A stretch of 44,422 nt of DNA from Kagunavirus 536P11, in the sequence record OZ035764.1; one strand, written 5' to 3'. Within the stretch, counting starts at the first letter, position 1, and each line of letters starts with the position of its first letter. The notes beneath the pieces were generated by a model. That model did not search any database, had not been told where the DNA came from, and saw nothing but the letters and a program-made list of their open reading frames with translations. Made by a program: the position numbers and the translations under genes. Shown here in pieces: positions 17,838 through 28,355 of the stretch.

Positions 17838-19234
17838 TGAGCGACTTATATTTTCCACGTAGCCTTAAGCCTATTGTGTCAAAAGGCTACTCAATGACCA
17901 GACGTAACAACGTCTGGAGTGTTGATTTAGCCGGTGGTGGCGTCCGTCAGGGGCGCGACACCTATTATGACGTGTTCCCCGTCAGCGTGACGCTTATCAC
18001 CTCCGCGATGGGGAGACAGGCGTTTCTGTCGTTCCTTGAGAAAGTAGACGGCGGTGCGTCCAGTTTCTGGATGGCCCACGACTTTGGCATGGGTATTGAG
18101 GATTATCAAGTCACCATCACGTCCACCATCGCGGAGTCCACCGAAGATGGCATTAACTGGACGATTACTTTCACAGCAACCGCTGAGAAATCACCGTTCC
18201 AGGACCTTGAGAACCAGTGCCTGATTAACAATCTTCCCGATTTGTACGGTTGCTACGGTGACTGTCTGGGTAGTTTCCTTAAGATATACGCGAACTATGA
18301 GACGACGTTCCCTCGCATCTGGAGTAATGAAGGCCCCGCTGGCTATCCGCCGATTAACCTTCTGGCGTCGGCTCTTGATAGCCGCATTGTTTACGAAGGT
18401 CCACAGATTTACTACATCAACAGAAACGGTAATCTTGTGCAGTCAGCCACTAATGAATGGCCTCTTACGTTTATCGATGGGGTTGCGGTTGGGCGTGTGC
18501 CGCCGGAAGCTGCATCCAGCAATATCCTGATTAAATCGTCGAAATTATCTGACGCATCGTGGTTAAAAAATAGAACAACAGTGTCAGAAGCAGCTGACGG
18601 AATTCTAAACGGCGGTACGTTCTCACTAGTACCAACCACGACAAACGGCGCTCACGTAGTGCAACAATCAGTGTCTTCCGCTTTTGCGGTGGGCGATGTA
18701 TACACCTTTAGTTACGTTGCTAAGGCTTACGGGTATAACTACGCACGATTACGCGCCGCGGATGAATCGGGGCTTATCGGTGACGTTCTTGTCAATTTAG
18801 CGGACGGAACGTTTTCTTCAGGCGCAACAGGAAGCACAGTAGCGTATTTAGGGGACGGGTGGTACAGATTTACGGAAACGGTAACGATAAAAAGCGCGGG
18901 AGCCACTCAGCTATCATTGGGTATATGGGTTTTTCAAACAGCGACAGTATCATCGTTTGCCGGCGATGGTTCCAGCGGAATTCTAGTATCCGCACCACAA
19001 ATAGAAAAATCATCGTTTGCCACATCCCCGATAGTAACAGAGGCGTCACCGGTAACCAGACCTACGCCATCGGCAAAAGTAGCAATGAACGGTGCGACAA
19101 GCATCGGCATTACCTACTCCGACGGTTCTACCATAAACGTACCCGCCGTAGATAACTACGCCACCATCCCACAGGCGGATTCTGCGTGGGGAAGTAAATA
19201 TATCACTCGTATCGACTTTAATGTGGACGGTTAA
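17837..19234 (+). CDS. minor tail protein
   Basis: 465 aa ORF immediately after tape measure with overlapping stop/start. Confidence 0.45.
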   Translation: MSDLYFPRSLKPIVSKGYSMTRRNNVWSVDLAGGGVRQGRDTYYDVFPVSVTLITSAMGRQAFLSFLEKVDGGASSFWMAHDFGMGIEDYQVTITSTIAESTEDGINWTITFTATAEKSPFQDLENQCLINNLPDLYGCYGDCLGSFLKIYANYETTFPRIWSNEGPAGYPPINLLASALDSRIVYEGPQIYYINRNGNLVQSATNEWPLTFIDGVAVGRVPPEAASSNILIKSSKLSDASWLKNRTTVSEAADGILNGGTFSLVPTTTNGAHVVQQSVSSAFAVGDVYTFSYVAKAYGYNYARLRAADESGLIGDVLVNLADGTFSSGATGSTVAYLGDGWYRFTETVTIKSAGATQLSLGIWVFQTATVSSFAGDGSSGILVSAPQIEKSSFATSPIVTEASPVTRPTPSAKVAMNGATSIGITYSDGSTINVPAVDNYATIPQADSAWGSKYITRIDFNVDG

Positions 19235-19237
19235 TGT

Positions 19238-19753
19238 ATGAGCCAGGAATCTGTAGAAGCAGCCTATCGCCGTAAACTGGCCTCTAACCCCGACGGCGAG
19301 ATGGACTATATCACGTTGCAAATCAGCCACCCGTTGCTATCGAAGACGTACTATCTTGTGCGCGGGTTACAGGAGCTAACAGCAACACTGGAGACCGGCG
19401 AAACAATCACGTTTGAGCCAACCCCTATGGAAGCGTCTGGTGCGGCTAATAATAACGATATGGACCAGACTACGACGTTTACACTTCCTGACGTCGGAAA
19501 TTTACTAGACGATGAGCTGGATAATATTCCGATGAATAGTACTGAGTTGCCGAAGTTCATATTTCGCCGTTATGTCAGCACAGACCTGTCTTACCCGGCA
19601 GACGGCCCTGTGGTATACGAGGCGCAGACCATAGCGCAGGACAAGGGGCGATTCTCCGCTAATTTAGGGACACCTATGCTGAACCAACGAAGCACTGGTA
19701 TACTTATGACACCTAAAGAGATACCGTTATTGCGCGGCCTGTTAATCACATGA
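19238..19753 (+). CDS. minor tail protein
   Basis: 171 aa ORF in tail tip cluster. Confidence 0.4.
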   Translation: MSQESVEAAYRRKLASNPDGEMDYITLQISHPLLSKTYYLVRGLQELTATLETGETITFEPTPMEASGAANNNDMDQTTTFTLPDVGNLLDDELDNIPMNSTELPKFIFRRYVSTDLSYPADGPVVYEAQTIAQDKGRFSANLGTPMLNQRSTGILMTPKEIPLLRGLLIT

Positions 19754-20115
19754 ACATTAACGACTACACGGGGATACCTTACGACTTTCGCAAACGCAAT
19801 TGCTGGCATCACGTGCGTATTGTCCGTGCGGATGCCGGGTTAGCTACACCGGCGTTCGACGCTACAAGCCCAACGGCAATTAACGAAGCGTTTGATGAAG
19901 GACATCGTGACACGAAGGGGCTTACGAAAATCGATAAGCCTGAGAACTTGTGCGCGGTTCTTATGGGTAGGCGCCGCGGTGGCAGAATCGTGTGGCACGC
20001 CGGGGTCTACTTTGACGGAATGGTGAGTCATTGCGAAATGGCATCTCGTCAGGTACGGCTTGACCGGCTTGTCGACCTAAGAGACTTATACACGGAGATC
20101 GAATTTTGGCGATAA
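19750..20115 (+). CDS. tail assembly protein with NlpC/P60-like Cys/His motif
   Basis: 121 aa; NCWHHV and HAGVY suggest a Cys-His peptidase-like fold as in lambda gpK-type proteins. Confidence 0.4.
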   Translation: MNINDYTGIPYDFRKRNCWHHVRIVRADAGLATPAFDATSPTAINEAFDEGHRDTKGLTKIDKPENLCAVLMGRRRGGRIVWHAGVYFDGMVSHCEMASRQVRLDRLVDLRDLYTEIEFWR

Positions 20116-22652
20116 TCCTGCACTACACGCGAAATGCTAACGGCGTATTTGACCGCACAAAGCACACCGGGATGCCGATGGAGTTTGTAGTCAACCGTAT
20201 CCCGGACGGTGTGCCCGTGCGCGTCTACCTCGGTGAAATCGGAGAGGATACTGACGTAACCGATGACTTCGATGCGCTTAAAGACGAAGACGCGGTGTAC
20301 CACATAGTAGAAGGGGCAGGTGGTGGCGCGCTTGTAGTAGGTGCGCTTGTTGCTTTGGTCGTCGTCGCAGCGACGGTTTTATTAACCAAGAAACCAAGTC
20401 TCGCGGTAGCAGCGACAAATAACCAAGCAAAATCCGCTAATAACAGCCTCACAGACCGCTCAAACAAGCCGCGTCCGTATGAGCGCTCTTATGACATTTG
20501 TGGCACTGTGCAGACCATCCCGAATGACCTGATGCAGACGTATAAGGCGTTCAACTCCACTGGTGCTTTGCTGGAATATTCGTACTATGACGCAGGGCGT
20601 GGGCATCTGCATATTGAGGCCGATGGCGTTACAGAAGGTGATACCCCGATAAGCGACATCACAGGGTCGTCTGTCGCTGTGTATGCGCCGTACACATCAC
20701 CCAACAATACGACGTCACCGCAGTTGCAAATCGGCGATGTCATTGACCAGAAACTCTATGTGACCTACTCCAACGTCGACGTCAACGGCATCGTACTGAA
20801 AGCGCCTAACGATATCGGGGCTAACCCAAGCGCGGACGGAACAGCCAAGCGTATTTCTAACACCGGGTATATCTACGACCCGTCCGGCGACTCTGCTTTT
20901 TCTGAGTTTCTTAGTGTTGGTGATGTCGCAGTGTTGAGCAATTTTGACGTTAAGGGCGTCACTAACCTAAACGGCTCGTTTGAGGTTTTATATGTCGACG
21001 ACTTCGAAGTAAGACTGGCGGTAAATGGTGCCGCTAACTGGGACGCATTGACCAGCGGGCAAACGTACACGTTAACAGAGCGTTCAGATACGTTTATAGG
21101 CCCGCGCGACACCTATGACGTGTCCCTGACTGGCTGGTACTACATGGTACGTGGAGAGGTTGACCATGTACTTGCTAACGTAGCGGGGCAGAACGGCCTC
21201 TACAAATACGACGGAGGTTATAGTCGCGCCAGCGTAACGGTAGAACTCCAGTACCAGATGATTGATTCTCAGCGCAACCCGATAGGTGATATTTACACGG
21301 TACAGGCTACAATTACAGGCAACAGTACGGATTACGTCGGTACGTCTATCTACGGGCAGTTGCCGACCGCGTCTCGTTTCCGCGCCCGCATGCGCCGTAT
21401 AACTAATTTCGACAAGGACTACGACGGTACAGTAAGCGACGAGATAACGTTCATCAACCTGTACGGTCAGTCACTGGACACTACCCCGCATTACGGCAAC
21501 CGAACTACAGTACATTGCGCCCGTAAACAGACACCACGCGCCGCCAGTATCAATAACCCTGAACTGCGCATGATTGCTACAGAGATGTGCTACAAATACC
21601 TCGGCAATGGGGTATTCGATACAGTAATGTCGCCAAACACTCAGGCCGTGCAGTCGCTAATCAGACTGGCTCGCGACCTGGCGGTGGGCAATCTGGAACT
21701 GACAACGGCAAACATGGATAAGTTGCTTGCCGTGCAGGAAGAAATTGAGTCCTATTTTGGCAGTGAATTAGCCGGACAATTCTGCTACACGTTCGACGAC
21801 TACGATACCACGATGCAGGACATAGTTCAGACCATAGCGGAAGCCGTATTCTGTACTGCGTACCGCAAAGGTGCAGATATTATGCTGCGATTCGACCGTC
21901 CGGTTGCGGGGCCTGAAATGGTGTTCACCCACCGCAGTAAGACGACCGGTACGGAGAAATGGACACGCACGTTCAATGATTCGACAACCTACGATAGCTT
22001 GTCGTTCTCGTACATCGACCCGGATACTAACGTACAGGAAACGATTTATATCCCGGAAGAACTCGGCGCAAACACCGAGGAATACGAATCGAAGGGCGTA
22101 CGTAACTATCAGCAGGCGTATTGGCTGGCGTGGCGGCGCTACCAACGCAACGCGTTAAGTAAAGTTGTCGTAGAGTTTGAAGCTACCGAAGAAGGTGCGC
22201 TCGCTACCCCAGGCGGTGTAATCAGCGTAGTTAAAGGCTCGCGTATTGCGCCACAGGACGGCTATGTTGCTGCCGTTAATGGGCTTACGCTGACACTGTC
22301 ACAGCCGGTTACGTTTACTCCGGGTGACGACCATTCCATCATCCTCAAGAAGCGCGATGGCTCTGTACAGAGTATCTCCGTTATTAAAGGAAGCCACGAC
22401 CGCGAGGTGATTATGCTCTCCGCGCCGGAGGAAGCAATCTACACGGGGAATAGCGCACTAAAAACTGAGTTTTCATTCGGCAACGAAGCAAGGCATAATG
22501 CTCAGAAGATAGTTGTTTCTTCAATCGACCCTGGCGACGACCGCACGGTCAAGATTACGGGCTACAACTATGACGATGGATTCTATAAATACGACGGTGT
22601 CGCGCCATACGGCAGCGGTTTCTCCGACGGATTCAGCAATGGTTTTGATTAA
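20106..22652 (+). CDS. tail tip / host specificity protein (J-like)
   Basis: 848 aa ORF after the small tail assembly genes. Confidence 0.5.
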   Translation: MAIILHYTRNANGVFDRTKHTGMPMEFVVNRIPDGVPVRVYLGEIGEDTDVTDDFDALKDEDAVYHIVEGAGGGALVVGALVALVVVAATVLLTKKPSLAVAATNNQAKSANNSLTDRSNKPRPYERSYDICGTVQTIPNDLMQTYKAFNSTGALLEYSYYDAGRGHLHIEADGVTEGDTPISDITGSSVAVYAPYTSPNNTTSPQLQIGDVIDQKLYVTYSNVDVNGIVLKAPNDIGANPSADGTAKRISNTGYIYDPSGDSAFSEFLSVGDVAVLSNFDVKGVTNLNGSFEVLYVDDFEVRLAVNGAANWDALTSGQTYTLTERSDTFIGPRDTYDVSLTGWYYMVRGEVDHVLANVAGQNGLYKYDGGYSRASVTVELQYQMIDSQRNPIGDIYTVQATITGNSTDYVGTSIYGQLPTASRFRARMRRITNFDKDYDGTVSDEITFINLYGQSLDTTPHYGNRTTVHCARKQTPRAASINNPELRMIATEMCYKYLGNGVFDTVMSPNTQAVQSLIRLARDLAVGNLELTTANMDKLLAVQEEIESYFGSELAGQFCYTFDDYDTTMQDIVQTIAEAVFCTAYRKGADIMLRFDRPVAGPEMVFTHRSKTTGTEKWTRTFNDSTTYDSLSFSYIDPDTNVQETIYIPEELGANTEEYESKGVRNYQQAYWLAWRRYQRNALSKVVVEFEATEEGALATPGGVISVVKGSRIAPQDGYVAAVNGLTLTLSQPVTFTPGDDHSIILKKRDGSVQSISVIKGSHDREVIMLSAPEEAIYTGNSALKTEFSFGNEARHNAQKIVVSSIDPGDDRTVKITGYNYDDGFYKYDGVAPYGSGFSDGFSNGFD

Positions 22653-22664
22653 AGAGGACTCTAT

Positions 22665-24902
22665 ATGTCAAGCGGATGCGGTGACGTTTTAAGCCTGGCG
22701 GATTTACAAACCGCCAAGAAGCACCAGATTTTCGAAGCTGAGGTTATCACCGGTAAATCCGGCGGTGTTGCTACGGGTGCTGATATCGATTACGCGACAA
22801 ATCAGGTTACTGGGCAGACACAGAAGACGTTACCCGCCGTGTTGCGTGATGCTGGTTTTTCTCCTGTATCGTGGGATTTCTCCTCTGGCGGTACGTTAAC
22901 AGTTAATGACCGCGACAAAGTGGTGTACGACCCTGTAAGTAAAACGTGGTACTCGTACGCGGGGACGTTACCAGTTACAGTTCCCGCGAGTTTTAATCCT
23001 GTAGGTAACGCTAACTGGAGTCCACAGACCGATCCTAATTTACGTGGTGAGTTATCCATCATTGAAAACATAGCTGAGCTTATGTCTAAAACGCCAAACC
23101 CAGAACTCACGTACACCGTGAAAGGCTATGCCCCCGGTACGACTTTCGGCGGGGGCATTTTCTACTGGGACGCCACCCTCCCTAAGTCACAACACAACGG
23201 CATCACTGTATTTAGTCCAACGGTGCCATGGGACGGAACCTACACCACTCTCGCGACCTTCTTAGCTGGCACAGGGGAAACCACCCCATCCGGCAGAGGA
23301 TGCTGGGTCCGTATGCAGAACAGCCGCGACATGCTCGTTTCTTGGGGCGGCGTTGACATCACAGGGACGAACGTTGCGGACGCCGCTGTAACCGCTGTTA
23401 TTAAGTATGCTAATACGGTCAAGCGTTCTGTTAGATTTGACTCTGGTGCAAATATTAAATGGGGCTTCTCTACCCTTGTCCAGCACTTTGACAAGTTCAA
23501 TCTTAATGTGCAATGTTCTGTTGTTCTGGAGAATATCAGCGGGATTAAGGTTTACGCGGAGAATGACGTTGAGTTCAACACTGACCACCCTACTTATGCG
23601 GAGCGTGTTGTCTTTCGCCTTAAAAACTGTAGCGAAGTGGAATTCTCTGGATTCAACTTCAACTCCAATTTCGCCGACTATTCGACGACGACATCGGACA
23701 CTACGTACAAGCCCCAAGAATGGTGGCAGGGCTTCACAGCCGAAGGTTGTTCTAATCTAGAAATCACTAAGCATCACGTTAATGCGTGCCAAGTATTTGT
23801 AAGGGCTGATTGTACAAACTTAGCAGCAAACCTTCATAACATAGATATTCATGTTACAGATAACATGTTTAAGTATGTAACGAATTACTGCGTTATTTCC
23901 AGAAACATAAATCTGGTTGAATTCAGCCGCAACAAGGTTTCATTTAACGGGAGGAAATGGCATACCTTTGGTGAAGCGTTCGCTCCAACAACAGGCTCTC
24001 TCAATATAATTGCTAGAGATAATATTTTTACTGACCAGATTGCGCAACAGTCGTGTATAACTCTGACGATAGGCGCTTTATCTGTAACTATTCAGGGTAA
24101 CTATTGCCGCCGGCAGTATGGTATTTTTGTTGAACTCGGTAGTTCAAGCAATGTGTTAATTTCTGGTAATACATCGATAAGTACCGGTGAGCGCGCTGAT
24201 ACAACACACATTCTTTTGGTTGGGGCGGTAGATGGCAATCCGGCAGGTGGGCTTTCAAACGTAAACATTACCGCAAACTATTTTCAAGGCGGTGGTTTTG
24301 CCATTCAAGAATACAATACCGGAAACGCATTGCGCACTGGGTTCAGTATAACTAATAATCATATGATTGACTGCAAATTACCAGCCATCACTAACCAATC
24401 TTACATTGGTGTTGTAGTTCGCGGTAACTATATGGAAGCACCCACTAACTTTCCTGATTTAGCTATCGCAGGACAGAGGCCTGTTATAGACGGTAACATG
24501 TTTGTTGGTGTTAGGGTGCGTGCAAGAGATTTAGGGTATAGCGTAATAGCTCCTAAGGTAACCAACAATGTATGGAGAGCAAACTCCCTGGGGGAATCAT
24601 ATCCAGCACTTATCGACTATACCGAATTCACCGCATTAGTGGCGGATGGCAACGACTCAACAGCAGCGGCGTACACGGACTTCATTGTCCACCCTTCAAA
24701 TTGTAATAATGCAGGGTTCCGTAGGGTAGGCCCAACTGAAGGTTTTAGCGTTAGCCCTTCCGCTCGTTTCGGCGCTAAATTGACGGACGCGCATGTGGGC
24801 GATTTTGTGGCTAATTCATCTCCTACGGCATCGGGTACTTATGCGTGGGTATGCGTTAATCAAACAACAAAAACATTCAGTTCTATCGCATTGAGTGCAT
24901 AA
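22665..24902 (+). CDS. tailspike / receptor-binding protein with beta-helix-like repeats
   Basis: 745 aa; repetitive V/I-x-N/G segments in central and C-terminal part typical of right-handed beta-helix; last structural gene. Confidence 0.55.
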   Translation: MSSGCGDVLSLADLQTAKKHQIFEAEVITGKSGGVATGADIDYATNQVTGQTQKTLPAVLRDAGFSPVSWDFSSGGTLTVNDRDKVVYDPVSKTWYSYAGTLPVTVPASFNPVGNANWSPQTDPNLRGELSIIENIAELMSKTPNPELTYTVKGYAPGTTFGGGIFYWDATLPKSQHNGITVFSPTVPWDGTYTTLATFLAGTGETTPSGRGCWVRMQNSRDMLVSWGGVDITGTNVADAAVTAVIKYANTVKRSVRFDSGANIKWGFSTLVQHFDKFNLNVQCSVVLENISGIKVYAENDVEFNTDHPTYAERVVFRLKNCSEVEFSGFNFNSNFADYSTTTSDTTYKPQEWWQGFTAEGCSNLEITKHHVNACQVFVRADCTNLAANLHNIDIHVTDNMFKYVTNYCVISRNINLVEFSRNKVSFNGRKWHTFGEAFAPTTGSLNIIARDNIFTDQIAQQSCITLTIGALSVTIQGNYCRRQYGIFVELGSSSNVLISGNTSISTGERADTTHILLVGAVDGNPAGGLSNVNITANYFQGGGFAIQEYNTGNALRTGFSITNNHMIDCKLPAITNQSYIGVVVRGNYMEAPTNFPDLAIAGQRPVIDGNMFVGVRVRARDLGYSVIAPKVTNNVWRANSLGESYPALIDYTEFTALVADGNDSTAAAYTDFIVHPSNCNNAGFRRVGPTEGFSVSPSARFGAKLTDAHVGDFVANSSPTASGTYAWVCVNQTTKTFSSIALSA

Positions 24903-24906
24903 AACT

Positions 24907-24930
24907 AAGGCCCCAAACGGGGCCTTTTCT
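24907..24930. terminator. bidirectional terminator AAGGCCCC-AAAC-GGGGCCTT-TTTCT
   Basis: between convergent tailspike (+) and minus-strand operon end. Confidence 0.65.
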
Positions 24931-25068
24931 CTACTCTTCCGATAACTTCTCCAGTACAAACGCCAGTTGCGCATTAGCGGCGTCTCTTTGCTGCCGTAGT
25001 CGTAGAACCTCTTCCTCGAGTTCCTTGATACGTTTTTGCAATGCTGGAATTGGGGATATGATGTTCAT
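24931..25068 (-). CDS. hypothetical small coiled-coil protein (45 aa, not in ORF track)
   Basis: start ATG overlaps stop of upstream gene (ATGA coupling); translation MNIISPIPALQKRIKELEEEVLRLRQQRDAANAQLAFVLEKLSEE. Confidence 0.35.
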   Translation of the reverse strand: MNIISPIPALQKRIKELEEEVLRLRQQRDAANAQLAFVLEKLSEE

Positions 25069-25250
25069 TTATTACCTTCGCTTTTCTTAAAACTGCGCTT
25101 TATATCCGGCAGCGTGTAGCATCGCGACTTTTCGTATTTACCGTCCGCGCTTACCAAAACAAAGCTGTTGCCGTCTTTTGATATGTACTCGATGGTGCAA
25201 GTATTGAATGAATGTACACTGTATATTTCATCGCCAACATTAAGTTTCAT
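25065..25250 (-). CDS. hypothetical protein
   Basis: 61 aa ORF with start/stop overlaps on both sides. Confidence 0.4.
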   Translation of the reverse strand: MKLNVGDEIYSVHSFNTCTIEYISKDGNSFVLVSADGKYEKSRCYTLPDIKRSFKKSEGNK

Positions 25251-26671
25251 TTCTTACCTCGTCTCTTCATGTAATTAAGCAATTCTTCCTGGACCGATTT
25301 CTTCTCGTCAGTACGCGCGGCAACAACCTCGTCCAGCGTGTCTTTAGCAACGATGTGGTAAAGGAATACCGGGCGCTCGTGTCCCGCCTGTTTCTGGCGT
25401 ACCGGGCCTATACGCTCAACGACCTGCAAATAGTGCTCAAGGTTCCAGCCTTGTGAAATAAACGCCAGATGATGCCCACCGTCCTGTAAATTGAGGCCGT
25501 GGCCCGCTGACGCCGGATGTACGCATAAGATTTCGATTTCACCGCGGTTCCACGCTTCCATCTGCTTATTGCCCTTAGCACCTTTTGCAAACGCCTGGGC
25601 TTGAGGGAATCGCTTAAGGATACGTTCCAGTTCGTGCTTGAACTGATAGGCGACCAGTAGCGGTGCGCCCTGTAACTCCTCGACAATGGACTCAAGCGCA
25701 TCCAGTTTCGTATCGTGCACTTTCTCCCAGTCTTTGGTTGCTTCTCCGTCCGGCCCCGACACATACACGGCACCAGATGCAATCTGCAAACACTTCGACG
25801 TCTTCGCCGCTGCGTTAGCTGCTTCAACTTCTCCGCTCTCCAGTTCTGCAAATAGCTTCTCCTCCATATCTATGTACGCCTGACGCGCTTTCTTCGGCAG
25901 GTCGATTTCAACCGGTACGATAATCGGCGCTTCGCAACCGAACCACTCGGCAGCGTCAATCGTGAGACTGATGTCCTTCATCCTCTGATGAATCTCATTA
26001 TCCGCGCCCGGGCGTACCCGATACCTTCGCGCCATAGCCGATTTACCTTCCTGCACCGAGTTAAACCACCGGTCGGTGAACGCAGTGTATGAAGAACCGA
26101 GGCGCTCGCCAGCGTCGATAAACCAGTTCTGCCCCCACAAGTCCTTGAGGCCGTTAGGTGACGGCGTACCGGTCAGGTTGATAAAACGCTTAACCTTACC
26201 GAACGCAACTTTACTTAGCGCCTTTGCTCGCTTGCTTCCACCTGAACGGCTGCGGAATGATTTCAGCTTCGTGCTCTCATCGGCAACGATGACCGTAAAA
26301 GGCCAGTCGTCTTTGCCATAGTAGTCAATCAGCCACTCGATAACTTCGTAGTTGGTGCACACCACGTTAGCGTCCGACTCCAGCGCCGCGATGCGGCGCT
26401 TCTCTGAACCGGTTGCATCTACGACACTCAGGCACGGGAAACCCCACTTAGTTTGTTCTGCGGGCCACGTGCCGGACGCAACACGTAACGGGGCTAGGAT
26501 TAACACGCGGTCCTCTTCTGTAAGTTGCCCATTGCGAAACAGGCGGTTGAGTACCCACATCGTTGCGGAACTTTTGCCCGCACCCATCGAAGCCCAAATA
26601 TTACAGCGAGGGTGTTTCAACATGAACGAAGTCATTAGCTTCTGGTATTCACGCCTTTGAAACTTACTCAT
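25247..26671 (-). CDS. SNF2-family / DExx-box helicase
   Basis: Walker A GAGKSS, DEST box, helicase C-terminal-like region. Confidence 0.65.
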   Translation of the reverse strand: MSKFQRREYQKLMTSFMLKHPRCNIWASMGAGKSSATMWVLNRLFRNGQLTEEDRVLILAPLRVASGTWPAEQTKWGFPCLSVVDATGSEKRRIAALESDANVVCTNYEVIEWLIDYYGKDDWPFTVIVADESTKLKSFRSRSGGSKRAKALSKVAFGKVKRFINLTGTPSPNGLKDLWGQNWFIDAGERLGSSYTAFTDRWFNSVQEGKSAMARRYRVRPGADNEIHQRMKDISLTIDAAEWFGCEAPIIVPVEIDLPKKARQAYIDMEEKLFAELESGEVEAANAAAKTSKCLQIASGAVYVSGPDGEATKDWEKVHDTKLDALESIVEELQGAPLLVAYQFKHELERILKRFPQAQAFAKGAKGNKQMEAWNRGEIEILCVHPASAGHGLNLQDGGHHLAFISQGWNLEHYLQVVERIGPVRQKQAGHERPVFLYHIVAKDTLDEVVAARTDEKKSVQEELLNYMKRRGKK

Positions 26672-27617
26672 TTACCACCCCCATGAATGCCTTTATAAAT
26701 TCAGCGGCTACTTGCGGGATGATGGCATTGCCGTAACCGCGCAATCGTCCCACTCTGGCGGGTATCCCATTAGCCAGCGGGAATGTGCCGGGTTCAACTG
26801 GCCTGAATTTCCCATCCCGGCATCCGAGCCAGTCAGCATCTGACCAGAAGCTGTGGTGCGTATTGGCCGCGATATTTTCAGTCCCTGCTCCGTTGAGTAG
26901 TCCAGCCTGTCGAATGTTCTGTCTTTTCCGTCCTTGCGAATAACTGTCTCTCCGCTCCCTCTGTAATCGTTCGCTGTTGGGGTCGGCCATGCCAAAAGGT
27001 ATTGTGCGTGCGTCGCCAGATTGCAATTCGCATTCGGTCTGTTGAAGCGTTTTTCCGCGTAGGCTTGTGGGTCTTTCGCTCTGCTGTTGTTGTCGTCCGC
27101 AACCGCTGGCGTCGGCCAGGTTGTACGCGCCGAAGAACAGTCTGTCGCGTTTGTGCGGGGCACCGACGCTACAAGCTGGGAGTACGGCAAACCCGACGGA
27201 GTAGTCTTCTCCTTCCAGATGAGTTTGTAAATCGCACATCCACGATTTTGCAATTGCTGGTGCAACCTGTTCCCCAAAGAGGACTGGAGGGCGGCACTCG
27301 CTGATGAGGTCGAGGAAGACTGGCGCGAGGTGTCTCGGGTCAAACTGCCCGAGTTGCTTTCCTGCCGCGCTAAACGGTTGGCAAGGCGGGCTTCCCGTCC
27401 AGCAAGGCGTATCTTCCGAAACTCCCGCAAGTCTGAGCGCGAGAGGCCAGCCGCCGATACCAGCGAAAAAATGACACTGGGTGAACCCGTCAAGGTCTTC
27501 TGGCTTAACTTCGGTAATGCTTCTTTCATCTACAACTCCAAAAGGTATGTGACCCTGCTTTATTAATTCACGCAGCCACGCTGCCGCGCTTTTATCCCAT
27601 TCATTGTAGTAATTCAT
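26664..27617 (-). CDS. DNA (cytosine-5)-methyltransferase
   Basis: motif I FFAGIGG and motif IV GSPPCQPFSAAGK (catalytic PCQ). Confidence 0.8.
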   Translation of the reverse strand: MNYYNEWDKSAAAWLRELIKQGHIPFGVVDERSITEVKPEDLDGFTQCHFFAGIGGWPLALRLAGVSEDTPCWTGSPPCQPFSAAGKQLGQFDPRHLAPVFLDLISECRPPVLFGEQVAPAIAKSWMCDLQTHLEGEDYSVGFAVLPACSVGAPHKRDRLFFGAYNLADASGCGRQQQQSERPTSLRGKTLQQTECELQSGDARTIPFGMADPNSERLQRERRDSYSQGRKRQNIRQAGLLNGAGTENIAANTHHSFWSDADWLGCRDGKFRPVEPGTFPLANGIPARVGRLRGYGNAIIPQVAAEFIKAFMGVVNE

Positions 27618-27805
27618 TTCGCCACCAGAACTAACTCTTTACGCCCGAACGCCGTAACGTTACCGGTTACGTCTTCGATAACCAGTTTACCGTTCGACTC
27701 GACGAACACCGTATCAACGGCAACAGGACGACGGGTCTTAACGTTGAAAATCATGTCGCCCGGTACGATGTCACGTGCGGGTTTGCGGTCATATTCGTGT
27801 TTCAT
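27614..27805 (-). CDS. hypothetical protein
   Basis: 63 aa ORF downstream of internal promoter 27839-27867. Confidence 0.4.
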   Translation of the reverse strand: MKHEYDRKPARDIVPGDMIFNVKTRRPVAVDTVFVESNGKLVIEDVTGNVTAFGRKELVLVAK

Positions 27806-27835
27806 TTCTCAATTCCTTATATTGTTGGTGTAGGA

Positions 27836-28120
27836 CTAACTATAATAGTTCGCTATTAGGTCGTCAACCTGTTTAAACGAACCAACGACAAAAACATTTG
27901 CACCACGTTTACGCATCCGCTCATGCTCCCGTAACTGGTGCGGGTCAGGCTTCGTGTTCTCGTCTTTCTTCACCTCGACGAACCAGATGACGCCGCCGGG
28001 GAGAATTATCAGCAGGTCAGGAGCGCCCACTCTATTTTCGTACGACAATTTGCGTACAAGGCCCCCCAGGGCCTCGAATCGGTCTTTTGCGTATTTCTGA
28101 ATCTTGCCTTCCGGGGTCAT
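27836..28120 (-). CDS. VRR-NUC domain nuclease
   Basis: PD-(D/E)XK-like GAPDLL...VEVKK signature; ATG at 28120 (M6 of track ORF) overlaps stop of upstream micro-ORF. Confidence 0.6.
   Translation of the reverse strand: MTPEGKIQKYAKDRFEALGGLVRKLSYENRVGAPDLLIILPGGVIWFVEVKKDENTKPDPHQLREHERMRKRGANVFVVGSFKQVDDLIANYYS
27839..27867 (-). promoter_or_regulatory. early promoter with operator (minus strand TTGACG-17-TATAGT, core AATAG-N4-CTATT)
   Basis: plus strand TATAATAGTTCGCTATTAGG at 27841-27860; lies inside the 3' end of the VRR-NUC ORF. Confidence 0.5.
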
Positions 28121-28269
28121 GACCGCAGAACCCAAGTTATAAACGCCCCGCCGAGAACGGCAACGCCAACAAACTTAAAGAACAGGCCATAACAGAACAT
28201 CGCGGCTATCCCCGCACCGAGTAACAGTGCGAGCATGGTTACTATCGTCCAAAATACAAACATTGTCAT
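28117..28269 (-). CDS. small hydrophobic membrane protein (50 aa, not in ORF track)
   Basis: MTMFVFWTIVTMLALLLGAGIAAMFCYGLFFKFVGVAVLGGAFITWVLRS; ATGA overlaps at both ends. Confidence 0.4.
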   Translation of the reverse strand: MTMFVFWTIVTMLALLLGAGIAAMFCYGLFFKFVGVAVLGGAFITWVLRS

Positions 28270-28355
28270 AATACGCACCCCTCCCGTTTTGTATGCTCAA
28301 TGCCACAGCGCGGACAGATTCGGCAGTCTTCTTCGTAGAACCAGTAAATTTTCAT
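28266..28355 (-). CDS. micro-ORF, 29 aa CxxC peptide (not in ORF track)
   Basis: MKIYWFYEEDCRICPRCGIEHTKREGCVL; ATGA coupling to both neighbours. Confidence 0.3.
   Translation of the reverse strand: MKIYWFYEEDCRICPRCGIEHTKREGCVL

Noticed and set aside
17403-17858. Minus-strand ORFs overlapping the tape measure gene (also 17519-17833, 16097-16477)
   Set aside because: Antisense shadows of the tape measure coding region; Arg/Pro-rich and embedded in a plus-strand operon.
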